From Desulfosarcina sp. (GTDB lineage: Bacteria > Desulfobacterota > Desulfobacteria > Desulfobacterales > JAFDCJ01), in contig JARFPZ010000064.1 of the NCBI GenBank assembly GCA_029288035.1, forward strand, positions 1 through 46,853: a DNA stretch of 46,853 nt, written 5' to 3'. How positions within the stretch are numbered: position 1 is the stretch's first letter; each line of letters begins with the position of its first letter. Made by a program: the position numbers and the translations under genes. Shown one piece after another: positions 22,289-32,219 of the stretch. The notes beneath the pieces are model-generated. The model saw only the letters and a program-made list of their open reading frames with translations, made no database searches and was not told the origin of the DNA.

Positions 22289-22603
22289 CTACCTTTTCGC
22301 CTGCTGGTCCATCAGTCTTTGAAAAACCGGGGTTCTATCAGTCAACCAGTTATTTTCTTCATCGAAAAGCTTTTTATGTTCATAGTACCACCCAAAAAGG
22401 TACTGTAAAAATGCCGTCAACGTTACGCATCCTAAAATGATATAAACGACATAACTGGTTGGAATATCGAGAACGGTTTTTAAGAATAAGCCAAAAAGCA
22501 TTCCCGTATTTATCAGACTCATAATTACGCTCAATTCAAGTTGTCCGCGCACGAGGAGATTCCTGTGGTGAATATACTTCTTTGCTGCTTCTTTGACATC
22601 CAT
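22289..22603 (-). CDS. Small two-TM hypothetical membrane protein
   Basis: GGGAG RBS, two hydrophobic segments, upstream sigma54 promoter, downstream hairpin GCTTCGG...CCGAAGC. Confidence 0.75.
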   Translation of the reverse strand: MDVKEAAKKYIHHRNLLVRGQLELSVIMSLINTGMLFGLFLKTVLDIPTSYVVYIILGCVTLTAFLQYLFGWYYEHKKLFDEENNWLTDRTPVFQRLMDQQAKR

Positions 22604-22647
22604 TTGTAACTCCCTTTAACTCCAATACCTTTATCGATATATTTCAC

Positions 22648-22663
22648 AGCAAATCTTATGCCA
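22648..22663 (-). promoter_or_regulatory. Sigma54 -24/-12 promoter
   Basis: TGGCATAAGATTTGCT on the minus strand, about 45 nt upstream of the 22603 ATG. Confidence 0.75.
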
Positions 22664-22985
22664 TTTTTTAATGTACTTATCTAAAACCACCCTAATTATC
22701 CGTAATTTAAATATGTTGTGAATCTTTCAGCTAAAGGTCGGTATTGTCAAAGGAACTAGGAGATCAGGTAGATTCGATAACGTGGCAGATTATTCTATCG
22801 AAAGGGTTATTCTAACAAATTGATATTTCGAATAATTTTTTGAAAATTTATTTGTCGCCACCAAACGACGGATATGTCGGATTCTCAGCATAGTCAAACG
22901 ATTGGCAGCTAGTTTGGATTGTTTGCATACTTTGCGAAAATCGCCGGAAATTCCAAGCTTAACGTCGTACTTGGTGAAAAGGGGC

Positions 22986-23061
22986 TTGCAGAAAGGATTG
23001 TAAACTTACTATAATCGCTAACGAATGAGGGTGCCCCGTCAATTGGACGGGGCAATGCCTC
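22986..23061 (+). promoter_or_regulatory. Sigma70-type promoter and 5' UTR hairpin of rtcA
   Basis: TTGCAG-N18-TATAAT (22986-23015); stem TGCCCCGTC-AATTG-GACGGGGCA (23032-23054). Confidence 0.55.
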
Positions 23062-23089
23062 GAACCGGAGAATTCAAGGGGGAAAGATA

Positions 23090-24109
23090 ATGGTTACAAT
23101 TGATGGATCATTTGGTGAGGGAGGTGGTCAGATCCTTCGTACTTCGCTTGCACTTTCTCTGGTTACGGGAAAGCCGTTTTCTATACATAACATCCGGGCC
23201 GGTCGAAAAAAGCCGGGACTCATGCGCCAACATCTTACGGCCGTAAATGCAGCTGCGGAAATTGGCCAGGCTGCAATAGAAGGCAACAGGATCGGCTCAC
23301 AGGCATTTACTTTTAAGCCTGATATGATCAAGTCGGGCAATTACCATTTTGCAATCGGTTCTGCCGGAAGTTGCACCCTGGTTTTTCAGACCATACTGCC
23401 GGCGCTTTTAATAGCCGGAGAACCCTCGGAAATTATTCTGGAAGGGGGCACGCATAATCCGTTTGCGCCTCCATTTGACTTTCTTGAAAAGGCCTTTCTT
23501 CCTGTCATCAGTCGCATGGGACCCAAAGTTGATGCTGTCCTGGAAAAACCCGGGTTCTATCCAGCAGGCGGCGGCCGATTTAAGGTGTCTATCAACCCGG
23601 CGGGTCTTAAAAAGATTGAACTTCTTGAGCGCGGAGATATTATTCATAAAGCAGCCCGGGCCTCTGTGGCCAACCTGCCGGTCAAGATCGCAAACAGGGA
23701 GCTCAAAATTATTCGTGAAATGCTTGAATGGGGTAGAGAACAGCTGAACGCCGTTAACGTCGAAAATTCTCAAGGACCGGGTAACATTCTGACGATAGAA
23801 ATTGAAAGCGAAAATATCACTGAAGTGTTCACAGGGTTTGGCGAGAAAGGCGTTTCCGCGGAAACGGTGGCCAAACGGGCTGTAAAGTCTGTTCAGGAAT
23901 ACCTGGCCGCTAACATACCTGTGGGTCGGCACCTTTCAGATCAGCTGCTGATACCCATGGCACTGTCGGGTGGCGGTAAATTCCGAACGCTTTCACCCAC
24001 CAAGCATACAACTACCAATGCTGAGATTATCAAAAAATTTATTGATGTCGATATTGCCATAAATGAATACGAGCAGAATCGATGGGAGATCGAATTATGG
24101 AATGGATAA
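23090..24109 (+). CDS. rtcA: RNA 3'-terminal phosphate cyclase
   Basis: IDGSFGEGGGQILRT, IRAGRKKPGLMRQH, GGTH, GFYPAGGG, DQLLIP, catalytic His in TKHTTTN. Confidence 0.96.
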   Translation: MVTIDGSFGEGGGQILRTSLALSLVTGKPFSIHNIRAGRKKPGLMRQHLTAVNAAAEIGQAAIEGNRIGSQAFTFKPDMIKSGNYHFAIGSAGSCTLVFQTILPALLIAGEPSEIILEGGTHNPFAPPFDFLEKAFLPVISRMGPKVDAVLEKPGFYPAGGGRFKVSINPAGLKKIELLERGDIIHKAARASVANLPVKIANRELKIIREMLEWGREQLNAVNVENSQGPGNILTIEIESENITEVFTGFGEKGVSAETVAKRAVKSVQEYLAANIPVGRHLSDQLLIPMALSGGGKFRTLSPTKHTTTNAEIIKKFIDVDIAINEYEQNRWEIELWNG

Positions 24110-24134
24110 AACCTGAAACACATCCGCCCTGCAA

Positions 24135-24395
24135 AGATTCTTACACGCTCCCACGTCACCGGCGAAAACCCTTTCAACTCAATTCATAAGCCGCCGGCTA
24201 TGCCTGTGAGAATTTAAGAGGTTCTATCATTACCGCGGGGACATGCGTAATGGGTGCAAAGCTAATCGATGCCGACGGGTTATGAATTGATAACAAAAAA
24301 TTCTTTTTTAATAATTAGCGGCCACCAGCAGAGATGGCCCCGCTCCCCCAGGAGCCATCCTCATACTTTAGGCTCTGCTGGTGGTCGCTGATTAC
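24135..24395. mobile_element. Possible degenerate IS200/IS605-type end remnants
   Basis: Motifs AAGCCGCCGGCTATGCC and GGCTCTGCTGGTGGTCGCTGA resemble IS200-family subterminal hairpins; no transposase ORF. Confidence 0.3.
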
Positions 24396-24407
24396 AGGAG
24401 GCTTGAA

Positions 24408-24887
24408 ATGATCAAAACCATCCAATTTCACCTTAACAACAAAGCTCATAGCATCGAAGTCGACCCTGAGCGGACCCTCTTATGGGTTTTGCGAACCGAT
24501 CTGGGACTTACCGGAGCAAAATTTGGTTGCGGGGAGGGTTTGTGCGGTGCCTGCACGGTCCTTGTAGACGACGAGGCGATTCCATCATGTCAAATTTCTG
24601 TAGAGTACGTCGCAGGAAGGGAGGTCAAAACGATTGAAGGCCTTGAGAGGAACGGGCAGCTTCACCCTATCCAAAGGGCCTTTATCAAGTATGACGCTCT
24701 CCAATGCGGGTTCTGCACATCTGGCATGATTCTAAAGGCTTACAGCCTCCTGGTATCGAACCCGATGCCGACCCGCGACCAAATCATTTCGGAAATGGAC
24801 GACAATCTTTGCCGCTGCGGCGCCCATGTTCGAATTATTCAAGCCATTCAAACCGCATCCGAAGAACTGAAAGGAGGCAGACCATGA
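24408..24887 (+). CDS. Mo-hydroxylase small [2Fe-2S] subunit (IorA/CoxS-like)
   Basis: GAKFGCGEGLCGACTV, QCGFC, NLCRCG; GGAGG RBS before ATG 24408. Confidence 0.93.
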   Translation: MIKTIQFHLNNKAHSIEVDPERTLLWVLRTDLGLTGAKFGCGEGLCGACTVLVDDEAIPSCQISVEYVAGREVKTIEGLERNGQLHPIQRAFIKYDALQCGFCTSGMILKAYSLLVSNPMPTRDQIISEMDDNLCRCGAHVRIIQAIQTASEELKGGRP

Positions 24888-27058
24888 CGAGAAAAGAGAA
24901 CTTCGTGGGAAAAGAATCCAGCGTGAGCGCCCCTTTCGCAGCATTGAGTCGAAGGCAGTTTCTAAAGCGCATGGGCCTGCTGGGCGGCGGCCTGATTGTC
25001 TATTGTGCCATTGGAGATTTAACGGCTCAGGCCCGGGCACCGAGAGAGGGCTTCCTTGGCAGTAATGTACCCACCGATTTTAATGCCTTTCTACGAATCG
25101 GCATAGATAACCGGGTGACCTGTTACGTAGGGAAAATTGAAATGGGCCAAGGCCCGATTACTTCCTTTGCCCAGATGTTGGCCGAAGAGCTTGATGTCGC
25201 CTATGAATCGGTAGACATGGTTATGGGGGACACGGACCGATGCCCGTGGGACGCTGGAACGTGGGGGTCCCTGTCGACCCGCTATTATGGAATTTTCGTG
25301 AAAGAAGCCGCCGGTGAGGCCAAAGGGGTTCTGAAGGAGTTGGCCGCCGAAAGACTTATATGTCCTGTAACGCGCCTGGTCACGGAAAACGGTCTCATAT
25401 TCGACAGAAATCGCCCCATGTCCCGGGTGACTTACGGAGAGCTGACCGCCGGGAAAATCGTTGAAAGACATTTAAAAGATCTGCCGTCTCTTAAGCCCGC
25501 ATCCGAATATACCATCAGCGGCAGATCTTATCTGCGAAGGGATGCGTTTGAAAAAGTTACCGGCAAGGCCCGGTATACAGCGGATATTCGTCTTCCGGGG
25601 ATGGTCTACGCCAGGATCTTGAGACCGCCGGCTCATGGCGCAAAACGGCTGCGCGTGGATACCTCCACCGCGGAAAGAATGAAAGATGTCCAGGTCATTC
25701 GCGATGGTGATCTGATTGCCGTTCTGCACCCACACCCGGACGGCGCCGCCAAAGCCCTTGACAGTATCAAGGCCGACTTTGACCTTCCGGATACGGGCAT
25801 CAACGACGAAACCATATTCGGGCATCTGCTCGCAAATGCGCCGGAACCGGTGGTCGCGTCCGAAGCAGGCAATCCCAAAGAGGGCGAAAAGAAGGCCGCT
25901 TCGATTATCGAGGAGACTTACCTGAACAGTTATGTATCACATGCGCCCATGGAGCCCCATGCGGCCATGGCCTCTGTCGATGGAAATAAGGCAATGGTCT
26001 GGGCCTCGACGCAGACGCCCTTCAATGTCCAAAGCCTCGTTGCCCAAACGCTGGACTTGCCGGTGGAAAACGTTCGCGTCATGGTGCCTTTCGTGGGTGG
26101 TGGATTCGGCGGCAAGTCGGCATCTGCCCAGGCTATTGAAGCGGCGCGACTTGCCAAACATTCCGGCAAACCCGTCATGGTGAACTGGACCAGAGAGGAG
26201 GAGTTCTTTTTCGATACCTTTCGGCCGGCCGCCGTGGTCAAAATCCGATCAGGTATCGACGGCGCTGGGCGCATATCGTTTTGGGACTACCATGTGTATT
26301 TTGCCGGTAAAAGGGGCTGTCAAAATTTTTACGAAATCCCCCACCATCGTGAAGCCGTCTACGGCGAATGGCGGATCGAGCCGGGCATTCATCCCTTTGC
26401 CGTCGGCCCCTGGCGGGCGCCCGCGGCAAATACGAACATCTATGCCAGGGACCTGCAGATGAATATCATGGCATCCCTGGCTGGCAAAGACCCCCTGGAG
26501 TTTCGCCTGAGTCATCTAAAAGACAAACGAATGCGCGGGGTGCTTACAGCGGCTGCAAAACAATTCGGCTGGACATCTTCAAAAACACCCAGCGGCCGGG
26601 GCTACGGGATATCCTGCGGCATTGATGCAGAGACGTACGTGGCCTCCATGGCAGAGGTCGAAGTAGACCGCAGCAGCGGAATGATCGAGGTGAAGCGGGT
26701 CGTCTGCGCCCAGGATATGGGTCAGGTAGTCAACCCGCAGGGGGCCGTCATACAGATGGAAGGCTGCATTACCATGGGATTGGGCTATGCCCTGAGCGAG
26801 GAGGTTCACTTCAGCAATGGCCGGCTTCTTGATGTCAATTTCGACACCTATGACATTCCGCGATTTTCATGGCTTCCCAAAATCGAAACCGTGATTGTGC
26901 CGAATCCGACGCTGGCTCCTAAAGGCGGCGGCGAGCCGGCCATTGTCTGCATGGGCGGCGTGCTGGCCACAGCAGTCTACGATGCCACGGGAGCCAAAAT
27001 GCGCCAACTTCCCATGACACCGCAGCGCGTCAAAAGTGCCCTGGAAAAGAGGGGATGA
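24884..27058 (+). CDS. Tat-exported xanthine-dehydrogenase-family molybdopterin subunit (IorB-like)
   Basis: SRRQFLK Tat motif, IEMGQG, HAPMEP, GGGFGGK, WRAP, GGGEP; ATGA overlap with the small subunit and GGAGG RBS. Confidence 0.92.
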   Translation: MTRKENFVGKESSVSAPFAALSRRQFLKRMGLLGGGLIVYCAIGDLTAQARAPREGFLGSNVPTDFNAFLRIGIDNRVTCYVGKIEMGQGPITSFAQMLAEELDVAYESVDMVMGDTDRCPWDAGTWGSLSTRYYGIFVKEAAGEAKGVLKELAAERLICPVTRLVTENGLIFDRNRPMSRVTYGELTAGKIVERHLKDLPSLKPASEYTISGRSYLRRDAFEKVTGKARYTADIRLPGMVYARILRPPAHGAKRLRVDTSTAERMKDVQVIRDGDLIAVLHPHPDGAAKALDSIKADFDLPDTGINDETIFGHLLANAPEPVVASEAGNPKEGEKKAASIIEETYLNSYVSHAPMEPHAAMASVDGNKAMVWASTQTPFNVQSLVAQTLDLPVENVRVMVPFVGGGFGGKSASAQAIEAARLAKHSGKPVMVNWTREEEFFFDTFRPAAVVKIRSGIDGAGRISFWDYHVYFAGKRGCQNFYEIPHHREAVYGEWRIEPGIHPFAVGPWRAPAANTNIYARDLQMNIMASLAGKDPLEFRLSHLKDKRMRGVLTAAAKQFGWTSSKTPSGRGYGISCGIDAETYVASMAEVEVDRSSGMIEVKRVVCAQDMGQVVNPQGAVIQMEGCITMGLGYALSEEVHFSNGRLLDVNFDTYDIPRFSWLPKIETVIVPNPTLAPKGGGEPAIVCMGGVLATAVYDATGAKMRQLPMTPQRVKSALEKRG

Positions 27059-27226
27059 CAGGTGTGACGCTTTAGCGGATTATTATTTAATCTTAAACAG
27101 GACTAAGGCATATTTTAATTGAACCCAAGAATGGGTAGTCTCTAATTAATAACGACCGTGCTCGAATTTTGCCCGTCAATCCTTGCTCATAACATGTAAC
27201 GAATTTATCCAAAGAGGAGGATAGCG

Positions 27227-28579
27227 ATGAAAAAAACATGGTTAAAAACTGGAATTATTTTGGTGGCCTGGATATTCGTGGGTACGACTGTATCCGCAAC
27301 CACGATTGAATTTTGGACAACAGAAACCCAATCCGATCGGATGAAAACGATTCAACTTTTAATGGATACCTACCAGGCGCTCAACCCGGATATTACCGTA
27401 AAACTAGTGCCGGTGGATGAAAACGAGATGCCCTCGCAGATGGCAGCGGCTTCGGCAGCGGGCACCTTACCGGGGTTGATCGAGGGAAGCTCCGAATTGA
27501 TGCTGGCCTTTGGCGAGGAAGGTATACTGGACGTCAAAGGTGCCAGTCGACTCGTCGATAAAGTTGGTAAAAAACGCTTTTTCCAGGGGGCTTTGAAAAT
27601 GATGGAAGTCCCCGGCGGTGGCAATTATTATGCGTTGCCTTACCACGGCTGGGTTCAGGGAATATGGTATCGGGCAGACTGGTTTAAGGAAGCCGGATTA
27701 GACCCCCCGGATACCTGGGAGATCATTCTCAAGGCGGCCAAAACGTTTTACAAACCAGAACAGAATCAATATGGCATTCTGGTGGGAACGAAACCGGAGG
27801 CGTATACAGAACAGTGTTTTACACACTTTGCCCTTTCCAACGGGGCTGGGGAATTTAACTCATCCGGCGAACTCATCTTCAATTCCCAGCAAACACTTGA
27901 TACGCTGATATTTTATGCCGAGCTTGCAAAATACACCCCCCCCGGGCCTCAAACCTGGCGCGCACGAGATTATTATATCCAGGGTAAGTTGGCAATGTTT
28001 TTCTATTCTACCTATATCATGGATGATCTCGCACTGGCAGAAGTGGCGGCCGGCTCACTGACGGATGCCCATTTCCCGCAACTCAGCAAATCGACGTTTG
28101 ACGCCAAATTAGTGGACAACACCCAGTTCGTTGCAACCATCACCAAATCAAAACCGGGCGCCTATGGCGCCATCGTAGGATTGGGATTGGTAAGCCAAAA
28201 ATCCAAGGAGAAAAACGAAGCCGCCCAGAAGCTCGTGGAATTTCTGTACGAACCGACCAGCTATATTACCTTTTTGCACATGGCCCCCGGAGGCATGAAC
28301 CCGATGCTGCGTGATATCGCCAGTAAACCCGAATATTTAAATGACCCCAAGGGGGTATTCAAGCGATATGGTCGCCACAAAATCGAAGAAATTATATCCG
28401 GATTGGATAATATTGGTTCCTTTACAATTGTGGACGGGAAAACATTTCCCGCCGCCGGAAAAATATATGCCAAGCAAATCATACCCAGAATGGTTTATTC
28501 GGCAACCATTGAAGGAATGAATCCCGCCGACGCCTTAACGTGGGCTGAAGGTCAAATGAAAAGCGTCATCGATGAGTAG
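27227..28579 (+). CDS. Carbohydrate ABC substrate-binding protein, YcjN-like
   Basis: Signal peptide; WVQGIWYR, YTEQCFTHFALSNG and FYSTYI resemble E. coli YcjN; GAGGAGG RBS. Confidence 0.85.
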   Translation: MKKTWLKTGIILVAWIFVGTTVSATTIEFWTTETQSDRMKTIQLLMDTYQALNPDITVKLVPVDENEMPSQMAAASAAGTLPGLIEGSSELMLAFGEEGILDVKGASRLVDKVGKKRFFQGALKMMEVPGGGNYYALPYHGWVQGIWYRADWFKEAGLDPPDTWEIILKAAKTFYKPEQNQYGILVGTKPEAYTEQCFTHFALSNGAGEFNSSGELIFNSQQTLDTLIFYAELAKYTPPGPQTWRARDYYIQGKLAMFFYSTYIMDDLALAEVAAGSLTDAHFPQLSKSTFDAKLVDNTQFVATITKSKPGAYGAIVGLGLVSQKSKEKNEAAQKLVEFLYEPTSYITFLHMAPGGMNPMLRDIASKPEYLNDPKGVFKRYGRHKIEEIISGLDNIGSFTIVDGKTFPAAGKIYAKQIIPRMVYSATIEGMNPADALTWAEGQMKSVIDE

Positions 28580-28599
28580 TCTGAGTCCGTTGACTTGTT

Positions 28600-29466
28600 A
28601 TGGAACTTACCCCGGAACAAAGAGAATCTATACTTGGTTGGCGGTTGATTGCGCCTTGCCTGGGGGTCATCGGCCTGCTGATTATTTATCCGATTCTATA
28701 CAACCTTTACTTAAGCTTTTTTGATGTAAAACTAACCGGTGACAAAATTTTTGTCGGCCTGGCAAATTATGAAAGACTGCTGAAAGATACGGCGTTTTAC
28801 GGGTCTGCCCTAACAACGTTTATTTATCTTGTCGGCACGGTTTTTGGCAGCACCCTGGTTGCGCTGTTGGTGGCCTTGCTGATGAACCTCGAGTTTCCAC
28901 TGCGAAATTTGGTCAGAACCCTGATTTTGTTACCATACTTCGCACCGGTCATATCGGTTGTATTTGGGTGGCAGTTTATTTTCGATCCGGTCAATGGGAT
29001 CTACAACCATGTTGTCGTGGAAGTACTGGGAATTGCCGCCGAGCGTCGTAACCTCATCGGTGAGCCCAAAACGGCTTTGTTTGTCGTTATTATTTTTGAT
29101 ATTTGGAAACATTTTCCCATCTCCTACCTTTTGATCGTATCAAAACTGCAATCCATCAATAAAGATCAGTATGAGGCAGCGGCGATCGACGGGTACGGTC
29201 CCATCGGAAGGTTTATTCATGTCACCCTGCCGGAATTGTATTTTGTATTGGGTACCCTCATCATTCTCAGATTCATCTGGAACCTGAACAAATTCGAAGA
29301 CGTATTTTTGCTGGCGCCCAATGTGGAGACGTTGCCTATTTTTACCTATTATGCAGCATTTACCGGAATTATTGATCAAGGTTTCGCTGCTTCGGTATCT
29401 GTGGTCCAATTTATGCTGCTTTCCTTTCTAATATACTTTTACGTCAAAAAAGTCTTAAAATGGTGA
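28600..29466 (+). CDS. Carbohydrate ABC permease, YcjO-like
   Basis: FVGLANY, YFAPVISVVFGW, YEAAAIDG, LRFIW. Confidence 0.9.
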   Translation: MELTPEQRESILGWRLIAPCLGVIGLLIIYPILYNLYLSFFDVKLTGDKIFVGLANYERLLKDTAFYGSALTTFIYLVGTVFGSTLVALLVALLMNLEFPLRNLVRTLILLPYFAPVISVVFGWQFIFDPVNGIYNHVVVEVLGIAAERRNLIGEPKTALFVVIIFDIWKHFPISYLLIVSKLQSINKDQYEAAAIDGYGPIGRFIHVTLPELYFVLGTLIILRFIWNLNKFEDVFLLAPNVETLPIFTYYAAFTGIIDQGFAASVSVVQFMLLSFLIYFYVKKVLKW

Positions 29467-29577
29467 TTTCACAACTACTTGGCGCTGAAATACTTCTATG
29501 TCAAAAAGAAAGTGAAACGGAGAAACTTGCGTCAAAGTGAATAAAATATAAAAATCTCTACTGATTTGTTTAGGCAA

Positions 29578-30540
29578 ATGAATCGTAAACGGAATTTACT
29601 TCAAAACGTTTTGCTGACACTGGCAATCCTGACGGTGTTGTTCTTCTGCCTGTTTCCTTTCATTCAGATTCTTTCAACTTCTTTGAAACATCAGTTTGAC
29701 TGGGGCAACCCTTCTTTAATACCAGTAAAATTTAATCTCAAAGCATACAAGGAACTGTTGGGATTTGGTGAATCGACTGAAAAGCAGATACCGGAAATGG
29801 TAAAAAAACTGCTGAACAATCCGCTGATCACAAACGAGCAGAGAGAAAAAATACTTTCAAATTACCAATCAACTCATGACGTCTTTCCTTTCCCGCGTTT
29901 CTTTCTAAATACTTTTTTACTTTCTGCATCCGCAGCAAGTGTGTCTCTTGCATTGGCTGTTTTTGGCGCCTATGCCTTCAGTCGGTTGCGATTTGGTGGT
30001 CGGACGATCATCCAACGCAGCATTTTGTTTGTTTATATGGTTGGCGGTGTATTGCTGATGGTTCCGCTATATCAAATGAGTGTGAAGGTGGGGTTGGCAA
30101 AGACGGTTTGGGGGTCTCTTCTAAGCTTGCTGCTGATATACATTATTCAAACCCTGCCGGTCTCCTTGTACATGCTCGGCAACTACTTTCGAACCATTCC
30201 CTATTCCATTGAGGAGGCGGCCACCACCGACGGATGTTCGAGAATTCAGTCAATATTTATAATTATCATTCCGCTCTCGGTTCCCATGCTGGTAACCGTT
30301 TTTGTATATTGTTTTATTATTGCGTGGAATGAGTTTTTATTCGCTTCCGTGTTTCTGAAGCAGTATCATAATTTCCATACACTGCCTCTGGCAATTCAGT
30401 CACTGTTTTTATCCAAAAATGCGATATGGGATCGTATCATGGCAGCGTCTATGCTAACCTTAGTCCCCGTTGTCATCTGTTTTCTTCTTGCCATGAGAAA
30501 TCTAAGCGGAGGCTTGGCTGAAGGAGGCGTCAAAGAATAA
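29578..30540 (+). CDS. Carbohydrate ABC permease, YcjP-like, with enlarged first periplasmic loop
   Basis: FPF, YMVGGVLLMVPLY, QTLP, IEEAATTDG, AWNEFLFAS, GGVKE; ATG at 29578. Confidence 0.9.
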   Translation: MNRKRNLLQNVLLTLAILTVLFFCLFPFIQILSTSLKHQFDWGNPSLIPVKFNLKAYKELLGFGESTEKQIPEMVKKLLNNPLITNEQREKILSNYQSTHDVFPFPRFFLNTFLLSASAASVSLALAVFGAYAFSRLRFGGRTIIQRSILFVYMVGGVLLMVPLYQMSVKVGLAKTVWGSLLSLLLIYIIQTLPVSLYMLGNYFRTIPYSIEEAATTDGCSRIQSIFIIIIPLSVPMLVTVFVYCFIIAWNEFLFASVFLKQYHNFHTLPLAIQSLFLSKNAIWDRIMAASMLTLVPVVICFLLAMRNLSGGLAEGGVKE

Positions 30541-30542
30541 TT

Positions 30543-31643
30543 ATGGCGAGTGTCAGATTTAAGAATGTCAATAAGTGGTTTGGTAAATCCAAAGTACTCC
30601 ACAATATCAACCTTGAAATTAAAGAAAGTGAATTTGTTGTACTGGTCGGGCCGTCCGGATGTGGAAAGAGTACAACACTCAGGTTACTTGCCGGTCTTGA
30701 TGATATCACGGAGGGAGATATTTATATCAATGATAAAATTGTCAATTCACTGGAGCCTCAGCATCGAAATATTGCAATGGTATTTCAAAATTATGCCCTT
30801 TACCCCCATAAAAACGTCCAGGAAAACATCGTCTTCGGCTTAAAACGAGCAAAGGCGTCCAAGGAGCTCATTAAAAACAGACTGGATAAAGCCTCCATAA
30901 TGCTTCAACTGCAAGACCTGCTCGACCGAAAACCTGCTCAGCTATCCGGCGGACAGCGACAGCGAGTTGCTATGGGTCGGGCAATTGTTAGAGATGCCGA
31001 TGTATTCCTTTATGATGAGCCTCTCAGTAACCTTGATGCCAAATTAAGGAGTCAAATGCGCTATGAGATCCGTCGAATCCACAGAGAATATCAAACCACC
31101 AGTCTCTACGTTACGCATGACCAGGTAGAAGCCATGACACTCGGCGACCGGGTCGTCGTTATGAAAGATGGGTTTATCGAACAAGAAGACTCGCCCATGG
31201 CCCTTTATCTAAAGCCAAAAAATATCTTTGTGGCCAACTTTATCGGGGCGCCTTCCATGAATATCCTGGATGCGACATTGTACCCTGGATATATTGAACT
31301 TGAAAATCAAAGGATGCCCTTTGACAAACACCGTGTGAAGAAGGCGATACCGTCAAATGGGGAACAGGTCAAGTTTGGCATCCGGCCGGATTTTTTTCAG
31401 GATGAACAGCATATCAGCGGGAGCGAATCTCTTACGACGCTTAAAAATGTCCAAGTCGATATTGTAGAGCCACTGGGCTATGACAGAGAATTTAATCTAA
31501 AATTGGGAGATCAAATGCTAAAAGCAAGACTAGATCTCAGAACTGAAGCACAGGAGGGTGAAACGATCAACCTATGCTTCGATATGAACCGCGCTCATGT
31601 TTTTGATATCGAAAGCGAGAAGAATCTCACTCTAGGAATTTAA
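30543..31643 (+). CDS. ABC ATP-binding protein, MalK/YcjV family
   Basis: GPSGCGKS, LSGGQRQR, DEPLSNLDAKLR. Confidence 0.95.
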   Translation: MASVRFKNVNKWFGKSKVLHNINLEIKESEFVVLVGPSGCGKSTTLRLLAGLDDITEGDIYINDKIVNSLEPQHRNIAMVFQNYALYPHKNVQENIVFGLKRAKASKELIKNRLDKASIMLQLQDLLDRKPAQLSGGQRQRVAMGRAIVRDADVFLYDEPLSNLDAKLRSQMRYEIRRIHREYQTTSLYVTHDQVEAMTLGDRVVVMKDGFIEQEDSPMALYLKPKNIFVANFIGAPSMNILDATLYPGYIELENQRMPFDKHRVKKAIPSNGEQVKFGIRPDFFQDEQHISGSESLTTLKNVQVDIVEPLGYDREFNLKLGDQMLKARLDLRTEAQEGETINLCFDMNRAHVFDIESEKNLTLGI

Positions 31644-31754
31644 TCTTGCAGCCTCCTAAAGCAAGTCATCAATTTGCAAAAACACCGGCACGATAACCGA
31701 TCATCAATAAACCAGCACCACGCATGATCCATTTACCTTACCGACGGCGGGCGT

Positions 31755-31934
31755 TCAATCATCCAGCTCTTCAAAATACTCCTTCTCAGCGCCGCATTCA
31801 GGGCAACACCAATCATCGGGCAGGTGTTCAAATGGCGTGCCCGGGGGAATATTGCGCTCGTGGTCGCCCACTTCAGGGTCGTAGGTGTATTTGGTACATG
31901 GGCTTTCATAACGGGCTGTTTCTTTGGTGGACAT
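31755..31934 (-). CDS. Rubredoxin (atypical first knuckle)
   Basis: YTYDPEVGD...[21 protein letters not shown]; GGAGG RBS; 59 aa from ATG 31934. Confidence 0.9.
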   Translation of the reverse strand: MSTKETARYESPCTKYTYDPEVGDHERNIPPGTPFEHLPDDWCCPECGAEKEYFEELDD

Positions 31935-32219
31935 GGTATACCTCCGTGAATTCAAGTAGTTGATATCTAAAGATTTATTATGTTTCGACACGACTCCCGG
32001 ATTGGCTTCTTTCACCCATTGGGTGTAGCAGGTTTGGGCGCTTATGGATGCGGAATTCGCTGAGGATGCATCTTTTAGTACCCTTTAACCGGGAACCCTG
32101 AACTCTGAACCGCTTAACACAGGTAAAATATATCAGAACCGGACGTTTGTCGATGCCAAAGGCGGCTTTTTTCACTTCGATTATCTCGCTCGGCACCAAA
32201 AAACGTAATTTAGAGGCAC

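Noticed and set aside
24704-24883. N-terminal 60-aa extension of the IorB-like ORF
   Set aside because: Overlaps the small subunit; RBS, ATGA coupling and Tat motif position support ATG 24884.
29464-29466. Selenocysteine readthrough of the permease TGA
   Set aside because: Not a Cys-equivalent position, the protein is already complete, and no SECIS-like hairpin follows.
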